Below, one piece after another: positions 37,091 to 49,501 of a DNA stretch of 64,000 nucleotides. Each line of letters begins with the position of its first letter. The first letter of the stretch is position 1. The notes under the pieces were generated by a model that saw only the letters and a program-made list of their open reading frames with translations, did not search any database and was not told where the DNA came from. This DNA is from Phoronis australis. Its lineage: Eukaryota > Animalia > Phoronida. A program made the position numbers and the translations under genes. The DNA lies in NCBI GenBank assembly GCA_002633005.1, contig NMRA01000054.1, forward strand, positions 1,162,927 through 1,226,926, in the 5' to 3' direction.

Positions 37091-38801
37091 GGCAGAAATT
37101 TTACGAATGGATTCATGTCCACCTCAAACGACACGAATCACCTGACACACTCATTGACCTCTCCGTCTATTTTTACACCCCTGAAATTTTTACTTTAAGC
37201 ATGAAAAATTGGGCTTAAATGACCTTTTTGGTAATAGCACTGTTCCGTATAGATAAGTCACTGATATTCGATATTTTGTAGGTAAGTATAATATTCATCC
37301 CCCAGTCCCATTTTTTTCAAAGAAATAACCTTCCCTTCGTGGGGGGGGGGCACTCGTTATGCCGGACCACATAATTTAAGTACCCATACTCGAACTAAGT
37401 TATTGATAAGGATATAGCAATCTGTAACAAAATGACTGGAATTTCTAGGCGATGAATAAAAGTTACAACAATAAAGTTCAAAGGTTTGGTCTTCTTTGAT
37501 TCCATGCATAGAAATCCAACTGAAAATGCGCATTTTTGGATGCCAAGTGTCAAGTACTTGTTGTAATTGCTCAGTAATATAAAATACAAACAGCAACTGA
37601 AAGTTTTTAATTTGCTGTAGAAGCATTATATATCGTGCATAATAATCTTGTTTACAGTTTCCTTGCTCTCAGAATGGTTAGTTTTATGAAGAGCTTTCAT
37701 CAAAGGCTAATTTTATAAAGTGACACTTTGTGGCGATATAGTATCAGAACATCCTTTCCAGAGAAATATGGCTGCAGTGTTGTGCAGTTTTAAAAGGCGG
37801 GAAAATGCATTGACGATCTGCCAGTAATGTGAGTGAGGCAGGTTTTGAATATAACTTATGAACTCACCCTGGCCAGAATGGGCGTGTTTGATATATTGTT
37901 CGGTGCACGGATGCACATTTTTGTTCATTTCCTTGGTTGAAATCATTGCTCTCCCTTGGGCATTGAGGGAAACCCGACATTGCAAGGCAGTTGGTGTCTT
38001 CCCCGAATGCATTTGGAGCATTAGCACTTACGTCGGCTTCTTATGATAAGAGCTGGCCACGATCCACTTCTAATGAAATCGAGTCTAGGTGGACAATACA
38101 CAAAGGCAAATGGAACTCCAGATTTGCTCATGACGTGAAAGTCTCTTGACGAAGAGTTTGCAGCCAGACTCCTTCAGTTGTGTCTAGAGATGAGGTTATC
38201 GGAGAATTGTCATAAAAACGTTTTAGATGAGATGAGTGGCTAAACTTCAGAGCAGTGTCTTCTTTTCTTGCTTGGCTTCTACCTCTAAATCTGGTGCAAA
38301 CGATGGAGGGAGAAATATTGAAATCCCATCTATTACATGAAGTTATGGGACACCTGGGTTAATACCCAATCTGTTCTACTTTGAAGCTCAGTCACGTGAA
38401 GACCTTTTTCTGTTGGTTGGTTGTCGTGATTTAAAGAGCCACAATTCTTTCTTGGTGTCAATACTTTATATCGTCACATGAGATTATTCTGCTGTGGAAA
38501 GAAAGAAAAGTAGAAAAGAAATATTTGTACTTTTAATCGTTGTTACCGTAAAGGTTGAAATGAAGCCCCTTTTTCGATTAAGCCCACGGTGGGAGCTTCA
38601 GATGCATCATTGTATACTTACGCACCAAGGACTACTAAAGAAAGGACATGCACAGCCAGATTCCTGCCTTCGCTAGCGAAGGCCAGTTTATCTGAGCAGC
38701 TGTTCTTCTATTTTTAGCTTCATTTGGCGTAGGAATATTTAGGGATTGCTATGGTGTTTATTGTACGCCATATTGCATAATTTACACTATATTTATATGT
38801 A

Positions 38802-40514
38802 TAGATTATTACATGGCGAAGTCGTAATCCCCCCTTATCTAGATAACGCCCCTCGGGCGATAATTCTCCAAAATCCACTCAGGCTCTAGATAAGGCGGAT
38901 AACGACTGAGAACATGTAATAATCTATTTATACCACATACTGAACGAGAAATATTGCAATGAATGGATCTACCTTTCTCGACTCGCCTCGGCTTTGTAAC
39001 TACTTTCTATGTCAGAGGCTCGGGGTCGGAGGTCGTGACCTTTTAAGAAAAGCCGAGCAATTTTTGTCAAATAATTCTTTCACTCAAAACCAATTGAACA
39101 ATAAAACAAAATAGAAATAAAGTGAATCTATAAATTAAGGTTTAGCAACTATTAAAGCTTACTACACATTTTATCACGCTAAGCTTCGACCGGGAAAATA
39201 TCGTCTGCTAAAGTAGGTTACCACTAGTAACTGGCTATAATGCTCAAGTCAAAGGATCCCGTCGACACGATACCCGCATTCAAATTGGAGATCGGTGATT
39301 TACAAGTGAGAGAACGCGAGAGAAAATTTTCACTGAATTAAAATATCGTTTTTATGGAAATTATGTGTCGTATTTTTCATAGCGTATAAACGTCGGTGCA
39401 ATACCCTTTGCTAAACATGCGATTGTTGCGCGTGCTCATTTAAGTATTCTATTTTCACTTTCGATGACGTCAGCCGCTGAGTTGTGTAGTGGTGAAGTCG
39501 GCGACTCAAAACTCTTGAGGCCTGGGTTCGAATCCTGCCTCGGTTTCCCGCCAAAATGTTATCTCACTAGTGAGATAAATTTATAATGGGTTATTACACG
39601 GTTGTATCTGCCATTCGAGGCTAATAGTGTGGTATAATTTAAGTTATACCACAATATTAGCGTCAAATGGCAGATAAAACCGTGTAATAACCCATAAAGT
39701 TATCGCACTAGTGAGATAACGATTTGGCGGGTAACCGAGGACGGAGTCGAACCCGGGACCTTGGTATTGCTGATCACCGACTTTAACCACTACACCACGC
39801 AGCGACTGACGTCGTCAAGAGTGAAAATAGAATACTTAAATGAGCACGCGCAATAATTGCATGTTCAACAAACCGCATTGTACTGTACTTATACGCTACG
39901 AAACATAAGACACATAATTGCCATAAAAATGATATCTTAATTCAGTGAAATTTTTCTCTCATGTCCTCTTACTTGTAAATCACCGATCTCCAGTTTGAAT
40001 GCGGGTATCGTGTCGTCAGGATCTTTGTCTTGAGAATTATATTCAATTACCAGTGGTAACCTACTTTAGCAGACGATAATTTCCCGGTCGAAGCTTAGCG
40101 TGTAAAAAAACGTGTTTTAAGCTCTAATAGTTGCTTAACCTTAATTTAGAGATTCCCTTCATTTCTATTTTGTTTTAATTTCCAATTGTTTTTGAGTATA
40201 AGCATTATTTGACAAAAATGGCTCGGCTTTTCTTAAAAGGTCACGACCTCCGACCCCGGGCCTCTGACATAGAAAGTAGTTACAAAGCCGAGGCGAGTCG
40301 AGAAAGGTAGATCGATTCATTGCAATGTTTCTCGTTTAGTATGTGGTATAAATAGATTATTACATGTTCTCAGTCGTTATCCCCCTTATCTAGAGCCCTC
40401 GTGGATTTTGTAGAATTATCACCCTCGGGGCTAACGCCCCTCGGGCGATAATTCTCCAAAATCCACTAGGGCTCTAGATAGGGGGGGATAACGACTTCGC
40501 CATGTAATAATCTA
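38802..40514. repeat. ~1.7-kb inverted repeat: two copies of the 5291-6085 element, tail to tail with a 6-bp spacer
   Basis: Arm 1 38802-39637, spacer tttaag, arm 2 39644-40514 (...tgtggtataa-tttaag-ttataccaca...). The arms are similar but not identical. Confidence 0.9.
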
Positions 40515-40726
40515 TATTTATTTTAAATACCGCAATCAATCCACTCAAAGCATAAAACGTCAATTAAAAACATTCTGAGGTCATGTTAGATCATTTAAAG
40601 TTGGCACTATTTTGTTCCATGTAACATTACTACCGGATGTCTGAGTTGTTTGATCCAGCATGGTGGAATTTTGAAAGGAAAATTGTGATTGTCTTGTCAA
40701 GTTTTTGCTGGTTTTCTTGCTTCAAA

Positions 40727-43120
40727 ATGCCTAATAGATGTGGTGTTGTAAACTGCAAAGGAAATTACAACGAGGAGAACAAGTGTAGTGTGTTTCGATT
40801 GCCTAGAGATGAAGCTGAGAGACAGAAATGGTTGGATGTACTCCCTCCACGTGAGGATTTCGTTGTTGATCCAGCAAAGTTTTTCATATGTGAAAGACAT
40901 TTTCCCTTGAATCCCCCTATGGTCAAATTGCATAAGACTATGCCAATGTGATTATCTCAAAATCAACTGATAGGTTTGTTTGTGTCTTCATGTCGGAAGA
41001 TTTGCATGATAGTAAACTGCCTGTTATTGTCGAAAATAAACCCACTTTGTGCTGTCCTCTGATCCTCAGAGCCTTCAAGGATGGTGTGAATGTACCAATG
41101 GGTAAGATGCTTTCACCGAACAATGGCCTATCTTCTTACTCACAGTTTTATGAAGCTGTGCGCATTGCTGTTAACTATGACATCCCACTGGAGTATATAT
41201 TAAACAAGGCAGTTACAGTTCTCCAAGCTACTCAAACGTTGGATATAGAGAGCAAGAAGGAAACAAATTGGAGTTTTTAACTCATCAGCTCCAGCTCTTG
41301 GCCCATAAACAGTTTACTATGAATGACTTTTGCTTTGCAATTGAATCCTTCCCCTGGTGCAGCTATGAACAGCTGAGGGATATCTTAATGCTGCCTGGCA
41401 AGTGTAAAGTACAATCTGTTGTTTGCGTCTGTGGACGAAAATGATGTTCTCAGAAACAAAATTGAGAAAATGCAAAAACCTCAGCAAAAGAATGTATTCC
41501 TGCTGGTTGACGAATTGAAAATTCGTCCGACTGTTGCATTTTCTGGCGGAGTATTAAATGGTATGGCCAAAAATAATCCAGATTGTAAGGCGGCATAAAG
41601 GGCCAAGCTTTATGATTTCTGTCACACCAGTGCATAAACTAACTGCAAAGGTTCAATTCGACTTTGTGAAAGAAGCTGCTGCTGCTGTTAAGAAGGCAGG
41701 GGGACGTGTGATAGGCTCCACTACGGACAATCATAAAGTGAACCAGTAGTATTGTAAATTGTTTAAACGGCCTTATGAGTATAGTGCAATCGCCGAGCAT
41801 CCACTCTATGATAAGCGTGTGTGGTATTTACTGTTTGACACGGTACACCAACTAAAGTGCATTCGCAATAACTGGATAATGGAGAAGTACCAGATAATTA
41901 GTCTTGATGGCCAATCAAAGGCATCATTCGCGGACTTAAATTAGTTGTACAACTCAGAAAAAGACAGCATTTTAAAAACCACTCCACTGACTCAAGCCGC
42001 TGTTAATCCATCAAAACTGCAGCTGCAGAATGTACAACACGTACTGAGAGTATTCAATGAAAAAGTGGTTGCTGCTCTAAAACTGCGAGGATGCCAGGAT
42101 ACTGCATCCTTTGTAGAAACTGTTCTCGACTGGTGGAATATTGTGAATATGTCTGGAAAGGGCAGAGCCAGCGCCTTAATGAACCCCACCGTACTGTCCA
42201 ATAACCAGGTAAAAATATTTAATTTTAGTCAACTGCTGTTACTGTTGCCTGTTATTGCTGTATTATTACTCTTAAAGTAATTGGTATTTTGAATGCAATT
42301 ATAAAATGTTTTTATACTTGAATTGAGGGACGATTCCAAGCGACAGAATTTTGGTTTTTAGTACATGTAGAATACCACAACATACATTGCTACATTTGTG
42401 ATTTATCTCTTCAAGTGACCCTAAAATAACTAAATGTACCACAAACCAACGCAAGATTTCGAGTATGTTCTGCTACAAGAAATACAAAGTGATCGTCTGG
42501 AAGAGGAGTTTTCTGTGTTAAGGCAGTCGACTGGAGCGAACTCGTTTATGACAACAGGAGTTGTCTTTGCAGCATGTAAAAAACACTAGCTAAACACGCT
42601 GCTTCTTTTCTGCTGTCTATTGAGGTTCAGCCTGAGCCAAAGCAGCATACATGTTTGGGGCTTGACGTTGTTCTAGAGGATGCAGCCTCTATTGTGGTGG
42701 AAGCTACTCTTTCAGTTAACGAAGAAAGTAGTGCAGCGTATGTAGCCGGTTGGCTTTAGAGCAAGTGTGCCGGTGAGCTTGCTTTCACTGAAGAAGAACC
42801 AATTGTAACTAGTGATGTTAAAGATTTCATTGAAACAGTGTCAAAAGTATCTTTGACAGTGCCTCACATGTGCACTTTTGAACTTGTGCGGCTTGGTCTA
42901 TGCTTCGTAATGAAGGCACGTCATCGTGCATGCTACCGCAAAAGATTGCGTAACATTTTGTTAACAATGGCCAAATTCAACAACATAGATATTAATTGAT
43001 GCTCTAAGTTATATAGACATCTCTCAAATGTACTTTTGTGTGGACTGCAGAACCTAGAAAAAGACCATAAAAATGCAGTTCTTCTCTAGACATCCGTGAA
43101 AAAGGCCTGCTTAGCTAATT
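40727..43120 (+). pseudogene. P-element/THAP9-like transposase pseudogene
   Basis: THAP MPNRCGVVNC...VFRLPRDEAERQKWL...FICERHF; catalytic-region motifs LLVDELKIRP, STTDNHKVNQ, LLFDTVHQLKCIRNNW and IQSDRLEEEFSVLRQSTG. Several stops and frameshifts. Confidence 0.88.
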
Positions 43121-45699
43121 AATTAAAGGTAATTATTTTTGTATTCAGTAATGAATGACTTTAAACTGAAAAATGAAATATTGTCAATAATGTAATCCCA
43201 TCTCTTTATCTCCTACCTAAGTTTGCACTAAGGCAATAACATGCTAATAGCTCATGCTTGGGATTGCATGCAAGTTCTATGTATTATTAATTAGGCCTGC
43301 ATGCAATTGGCATTTCAAATCATAAAATATGATTAGATGCATTTTTATTTGAATATCCAGGTTTATATTTATTTCTGTTGCATGACAAAATTGCAGTGAT
43401 GTGGCCTTGTTCAAAATGCCAAGTGTCAAATTATGCAATGGCCTTTGCTAGCGAAGGCAGGAATCTGGCTGTGCATGTCTTTTCTTTAGTGGTCCTTGTT
43501 ACGCACACATTTAGGAGAATCAAGCATACGACAAAACGCGAGATGAGACTTTTGAAACACATTATTTCTATCGGAAATTTACATATTTCTCTTTAATTGC
43601 GTCCCATAGAACTAGAAAAGTGCGTCAAGACCATTGGCACCAATGTCTATCACTACCTCTACAATGATGGGTAAATTTCTCGTCCTAGCCTTCCCAAACT
43701 ATGCCTAGAGAAGACTGTTTCACCAGAAGCTAATTTTCGCGGATTCCAATCTGCATGAAGTGTTGGAAAACGACCCGTTGTGAGTGCAACGTACGACCAA
43801 GAAGGCGATGATGATCTTAATCATTGGCTGTCACTAAGTTTAAAAAATATGCAGGACTTGAAGTGCGAAAGAGCGCAAACAGTCGAGCGTCAAAAGGACA
43901 ACGTACAAATGGCATCACTGAAAGTCGACCATTCTGACATGTTATAGTAGACTATGCACTGTCTGTTCTTGCAACTGAGCATCCGAAGCAACGACGGTAC
44001 CAACAGATTTTTGCGACTAGTGAACGTTGTCGAAAAATTTCCGCTTACAGCACAAAGAAAAAAAGCTAAGGCATCGGTCTTACGAAGAGCCAAAATCATA
44101 CACACAGATCATACGGAATTTGCTCATATGCATAATCATAATTGTCTCAGAGGGGGATAGATTTTGGCCTTTGGAAACTTCTTTCTCCAAATCGGCACCA
44201 ATGGAGCACATATTAAAACGCAAAAACAGCTTGAATCGATGGAGGCTTTCTGCAGGCCTACCCGAAGCTTTATGACAAGGAACTGTACATTCAGTCATCT
44301 CAAATACAAGAATGGGCATAATAAACGGATCAGTTTGGACAAACATTATTTTCAGTGTTCAAAGAGGGAACAAAAATGAGTAAGATACAATTAACTGAAA
44401 CAACGCAGTGTAAATAAGGACCAAGAAATTTACCAACATGTCAAACACTCTAAACGTTATTGAAAAACGAAAAGGCGTTCTTGTCTGAGACTTACCTGGA
44501 CTCCACGCCGCACTGACATAGGCGGCGCACCACAGCCCCCCCACTTTTTCAGTGCTATGCCGCCCAAGGTCTAAGGGTTGTGCACCACGAGGAACTAGGA
44601 GTTATGGCCCCCACTTTTTCAGCGCTGCGCTGCTCATAACTAAGTGTGACTTCAAGTCGCCCTTTATTAAAGGCCGTTATGAATAAGTGGTAATTTCAGT
44701 ACCAACTGGGACTAAACGAATTGATGCAATGATTTTATTTGCCTTGCAAATGGTGTATGAATAATCGTATCGTGATGACTGTTCCCTAAAAAACTATACC
44801 ACAAGCATTGAAGCAGTCCTTTACTCATTTCTCAACCGTGACTTCGTCAGTAATGGCAAAACGTGTTGCGAGAGGAGAGAAGAGAATTTCGCCAATTCTG
44901 TTTTCTGTTTTTGAACTGATACGCATGGCAGCTTTGATGTTGGTGTAGTTTTTAAATTTGCGTGTCCACACAGAGTAAGGATGACGACGAGATCCTAAAC
45001 GTCAAACTTATAGACAGAATTTTATTCTAGCATCTTACAACACAAGTCATTCAAAATTCCGATTCTTACTTTTGTTTAATTTTTCGTTCAATGGAATCTA
45101 CTAGCAAGTAGCAAATGTCAAGAATTGATGATTGTGCACTTGAGCAAAGCAGCGAACTTGTATTGTTCCAGTCAACTTGGCTGTTTAAAACGAGTACTAC
45201 CGCGTCTGGGGAATAACTGACCAGGAGGAGTTGAAACGCTCTGGCGCTCACGCGAGTAAACTGTTAGTGACAGGCCCCATGACCCATGAAGGTTTGCTTT
45301 ACGTAAGGTGTTGCGCAGGGAGTTGAATTCGACTGGCATTTTATTAGGCACATAGTCATGTCTAGATTGCACGGAAAATATCAATGGTATAACTGAAGTG
45401 GCACACTTGATTTAGGCTGTGTACTTTTTTGCAATGCATGGGAACAAGCGGGAGTAGGGTGAAGTCAGGTAGTTTGTCAACAACCAGTTTAAAAATTGGC
45501 TGGCAAAGACATCGAGCCCAGGCATGTTGAAATGGAATTGATTGAATCCATCAGATTATTTCAATCACTATCAAATTTAACCAGCAGTGTTCATTCATCG
45601 TAAATGAGATTTTTCCAAATGCGTTCGATCATTTATTTTGTCTGCCTACGAACTTGTCTGACATATAACAATTGTTCTATGTGGAGTGGTCCTGCACTT

Positions 45700-46550
45700 G
45701 TCGCAATTAGTTTCAACCGGTTTTGGTGGGTTGGTTTAACTCAACTCAGAACTTTGGGAGTGACAGGCAGGGAGTAATCCACCACGGTATCTTTATGGCA
45801 AAGTTCTTTCATGACGCATGGTTTTATGTTGAATATTTTGCAACTGGTTTCATGTTGTTACCTCTTGGGTTGATTTAGATCAGTTGCGAAACCACATTAT
45901 TTTTGTGTGACAGAGACACCCGACCACTGAAGTCGTCTGGTAAGTAACAGTTGTGTTGCATGGAGTGACGCTGAAGTCTATGAAGTTGGCTTCAACTGGT
46001 TACCTAATGGGTTAACCAAGCTCAAATATGAGGTTGGGCGTGACCGGCGGCGTTAACTCACCACTGAATTTGTCTGGCAGTGTTCTTTCATGATACATGG
46101 GGTTATGTCGAATATTTTCCAGCTGATGTTATGCGGTTACTTCTTGGGTTGATCTAGCTCAATTTTGGGACCTCATTATATTTATCTGGTAGGCGAGCAC
46201 TGAAATTGACTGGCAACATTGAATAGCCACTTGTAGTGATGCTGCATGCTATACATTTGGTTTCAACCGGTTGGGCTAGCTCAACTCGGAGATTTGAGTA
46301 ATCCACCACTGAACTTGTCTGGCTGTGTTCATTCATGATACGTTGGTCTTTGTTGAATATTTTGTAAGAGGTGGTTACCTCTTGGGTTGATCTAGCTCAA
46401 TTTTTGGCCTCAGTTTTAGCCGTCTGGCTGATGTTTCCCACCTCTGACTTGTCTGACAGTGGATAGTTTTGATACGGTGAATTGAGCAGTAGGTGTCGCA
46501 GGTGTTTTCAAGTGGTTGCCTGAAAAGCTGATCTACATGTAGCTCAATTT
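45700..46550. repeat. Diverged tandem repeat, about 3 units of ~250-300 bp
   Basis: The block caccac...ttcatga...gaatatttt...ttac(c/t)tcttgggttgat(c/t)tag recurs at ~45780-45880, ~46060-46165 and ~46304-46405. Confidence 0.7.
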
Positions 46551-48734
46551 TTGCGTGTCGTTCTTATGGCTCCCCTGACCACATCCACCAGAATGAACCT
46601 TCCATATAGCCAGTTCCTAGCATTGCGACACTCACGAATCACTGTGGTATCAAAGAACATTTGTTACATTTTCATGGTCAAAGTACCTCTGGGATCCCGG
46701 TCTAATACTGACAAAATACTTATCAGTAAATAATTTGACAGACATCACCATGTACAGTTTCTAAAAATGCCAGTTATACATATTTGCGAAAGGTCATTGG
46801 ATTTAATCCTTCTGTATTTTACATAATACTACAAGCTATCACCATAAGAAATCAAAATACCACCAGCCTTTGTAGCAATATTGTAAAGAGTGTCCTGCAA
46901 AGGTTTGAAAGGTAAAGTTGCGAGTTTTCTAGTTACATGCTGTCCTGACTCCGTTTATTTTATGGATTGTTCTGAGTAACACGTGCTATACACGGAGACC
47001 TCGTCGTATGCGTAGAATCGTGTTTTGTTATTTGTTGAGGGACCAAAATCGGCCCCCTGGAACCTACACAATTGTCACCACATCTCCAGCTTCATTATTG
47101 TCCCGTAAAAATCGCGAGAAGAGAGGGGGGAAACGGTTCACCCCCCTATAGGCCTACCCCCTTCTTGGGGTTCCGACGGTCCCAAAATATTTCAAAGTAA
47201 ACATACCTTCATATTCACTTAACGTATTCAAATCGTGATGTTTGTAATGCATCTTTTTATAAAACTGGTGTATAATCAGTGTAGCTGAGTAGCCAAATAG
47301 TGCAAGGTATACTCAGTATGTAGCCGCGTCTGGCTACAGGGATAAATTAAAAGAAGCCGTTTGCATAACACACTTTATTATTTAGTTGCAAGCGATGAAA
47401 AGTAGAAACCGGAAAAGCGTGGTTATCTGCAATAAAGAAAAACACACACAGTCTGAGTATTCGGCAAGCAAGCGTAATTAACAAGCACTATATCAGAGCG
47501 TTAGAAAGACTCGCGCCAATGACTCTATGACAGGCAAATACTACCTCGCTAACAATACATAATTAACTGGAACCCGTACTATATTCTACAACTGGGGACC
47601 ATTACCGTACACAACCAACTGCCTAACTGCGACCCGTAACTATTTATTCTATGAACCGGGTACCGCGCAACATATACGCCAAACAAGCAGCTGAAGGAAA
47701 CTATACGTCAAACGACAACATCTATGTACGCTCTAAACTCAGCTAGTAGATACACACGAGTACAACATGCTATGCCATAATACTCAGTACTTACAACAGT
47801 TTGTCTAACAGTCTGTGCTTAATATAAAAGTTCCAGCAACCGAGGAAAACACATGATTCGTGTTACAGATCTTGTCAACGAATGCCGGTAAACTCATGAA
47901 ACGCTAGTCACCAAAACCCGCGTAACATACAGAGGCTAATACGTAACAATGGCCGGCCGGTCAAGCTACTATTCGACTATGCAAATGCTATTGTAACCAC
48001 TGGAAAGAACCGGCTTGCTAAAAGAAACCAAATCACAGCGGCGAAAGGTGTACTGCTACCTAGAAAGAAAATAAACAGCGTAACAAGTAAATGAACTACA
48101 ACAACCAATGACAAAAAATGATGCACGGCATCAACACAGTAAAAGTACATGTTAACCTCTAAACGGTCAAAAGACCAAATTTTGACTACATGTATGTACT
48201 TCCCTAACCCAATACTATCAAATCTCACTGTTTTCATATTCACAATGCTCTATACTTTGCTCGCAAATCGTTTTGAAAAGCCAGTACTTAAATACTAAAA
48301 TGTCTATCTGAATTATGAAATGTGTTTATGGATCTTAAGGTCAGATACATTCACAGAGAAAAGTCATAGTTATTTCTCACTAAGATAAGATACCTCACTG
48401 GTCTTGAAAAGTTGACAGCTTTTTCACTGAAGTAAATGTCGAAAAAGCCATGTTTGTAAAGATCCGCATACAAACAAAAACGAGGTTTGCCGTGAGCAAC
48501 TCGATGCCTGGACACTGTGTCCCACATAATCAGTATTCAGGATACGTTTAATTTATTTACTCAAACAAATTGTTGTCAGTGCCAGCGTCATCACTGTTGT
48601 GTTGATTCTGCTCGAGACATCGGTATTCTTGTTTTCTTCGTCAACCTCGATTCCAAGACTTTCATTCTATTTCTCCACGTGTAGCTCTTCACAGCGTTTT
48701 CATTTAGTTCATGCTCCTTTGGTGTTGCTCTCAG

Positions 48735-48932
48735 GAGAAAGATTACACGACGTAAAAGGTACAGTCGCCATATGGGACGATAAGCAAGAGTGCTTCTTCT
48801 TCAAAGGCCCTGCAACGGGAGGGGAAAAGATATACAGGGAATGTCCAAGAGAACTAGCTGGACGTATTGTGCAGATTCAGATAATGGCCGATTCAGCAGT
48901 ACTGACCTTGTGTGAGGTTGAGATTTATATGT
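48735..48932 (+). CDS. Mosaic gene exon H: F-type lectin domain 2, C-terminal half
   Basis: Acceptor ttgctctcag|, donor |gtgagt, 198 nt, phase 1-1. Encodes GERLHDVKGTVAIWDDKQECFFFKGPATGGEKIYRECPRELAGRIVQIQIMADSAVLTLCEVEIYM. Confidence 0.92.
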
Positions 48933-49501
48933 GTGAGTATCTTCACAGTGGGCGTTTATTGTTTGGGTGAATACTGCCAAAGCATGGTAGCAGTACCTAC
49001 TTTTGTTACTTCACATATTTGTCAGTCAAGTAATCACCAGGAACTACAAGTTTTTGTTTCATCGTATTATTTTCGCCATAACCTATAACACTGTTCTTCA
49101 TTGATCATTCTAAGCTTTATTATGTGCCCATGTTCACGTATGTTGGGTGCACATTGGCGTCATCGTTGTGTGGCCGTCGTGGCACCATCACATCAAATTA
49201 TTTGCTGGATCTTTATAAAAGATGACAGATGAATGGTGTTCCTATAAAGCTGATGACAGATTACGACGTTGACCACTGCGCCACCAAGTATCTCTTTTTT
49301 CTTGGAGAAAAGAAATGTCTTCAAGTGTGTTACTTTGTCATTATTTTTTATTTGTACTCACGATACAATATGGCACTGTGGTGGCCATTTTTCATTCGCA
49401 GAGATCTTATATCAGTGATCCCTTGTCGGATTCTTCTGAACTTTAATATGTAGAGAGATCCAGTCAAGCCCTAATGAAAGTAGGTCCTAGCGTTATTGAA
49501 C

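Larger units (their letters stand above)
38626..43498 (+). mobile_element. Full-length defective P-element-superfamily (THAP9-like) transposon with ~60-bp TIRs and an 8-bp TSD
   Basis: TSD ttacgcac at 38618-38625 and 43499-43506. TIR caaggactactaaagaaaggacatgcacagccagattcctgccttcgctagcgaaggcca has a near-perfect reverse complement at 43439-43498. Confidence 0.9.

Noticed and set aside
37700-38420. Coding-like minus-strand stretch, possibly a DNA transposon relic (similarly 43600-44400 and 59340-59830)
   Set aside because: No diagnostic motif could be read with confidence.
47319-47948. Possible solo LTR (TG...CA with a minus-strand AATAAA)
   Set aside because: No target-site duplication, PBS or PPT could be identified.
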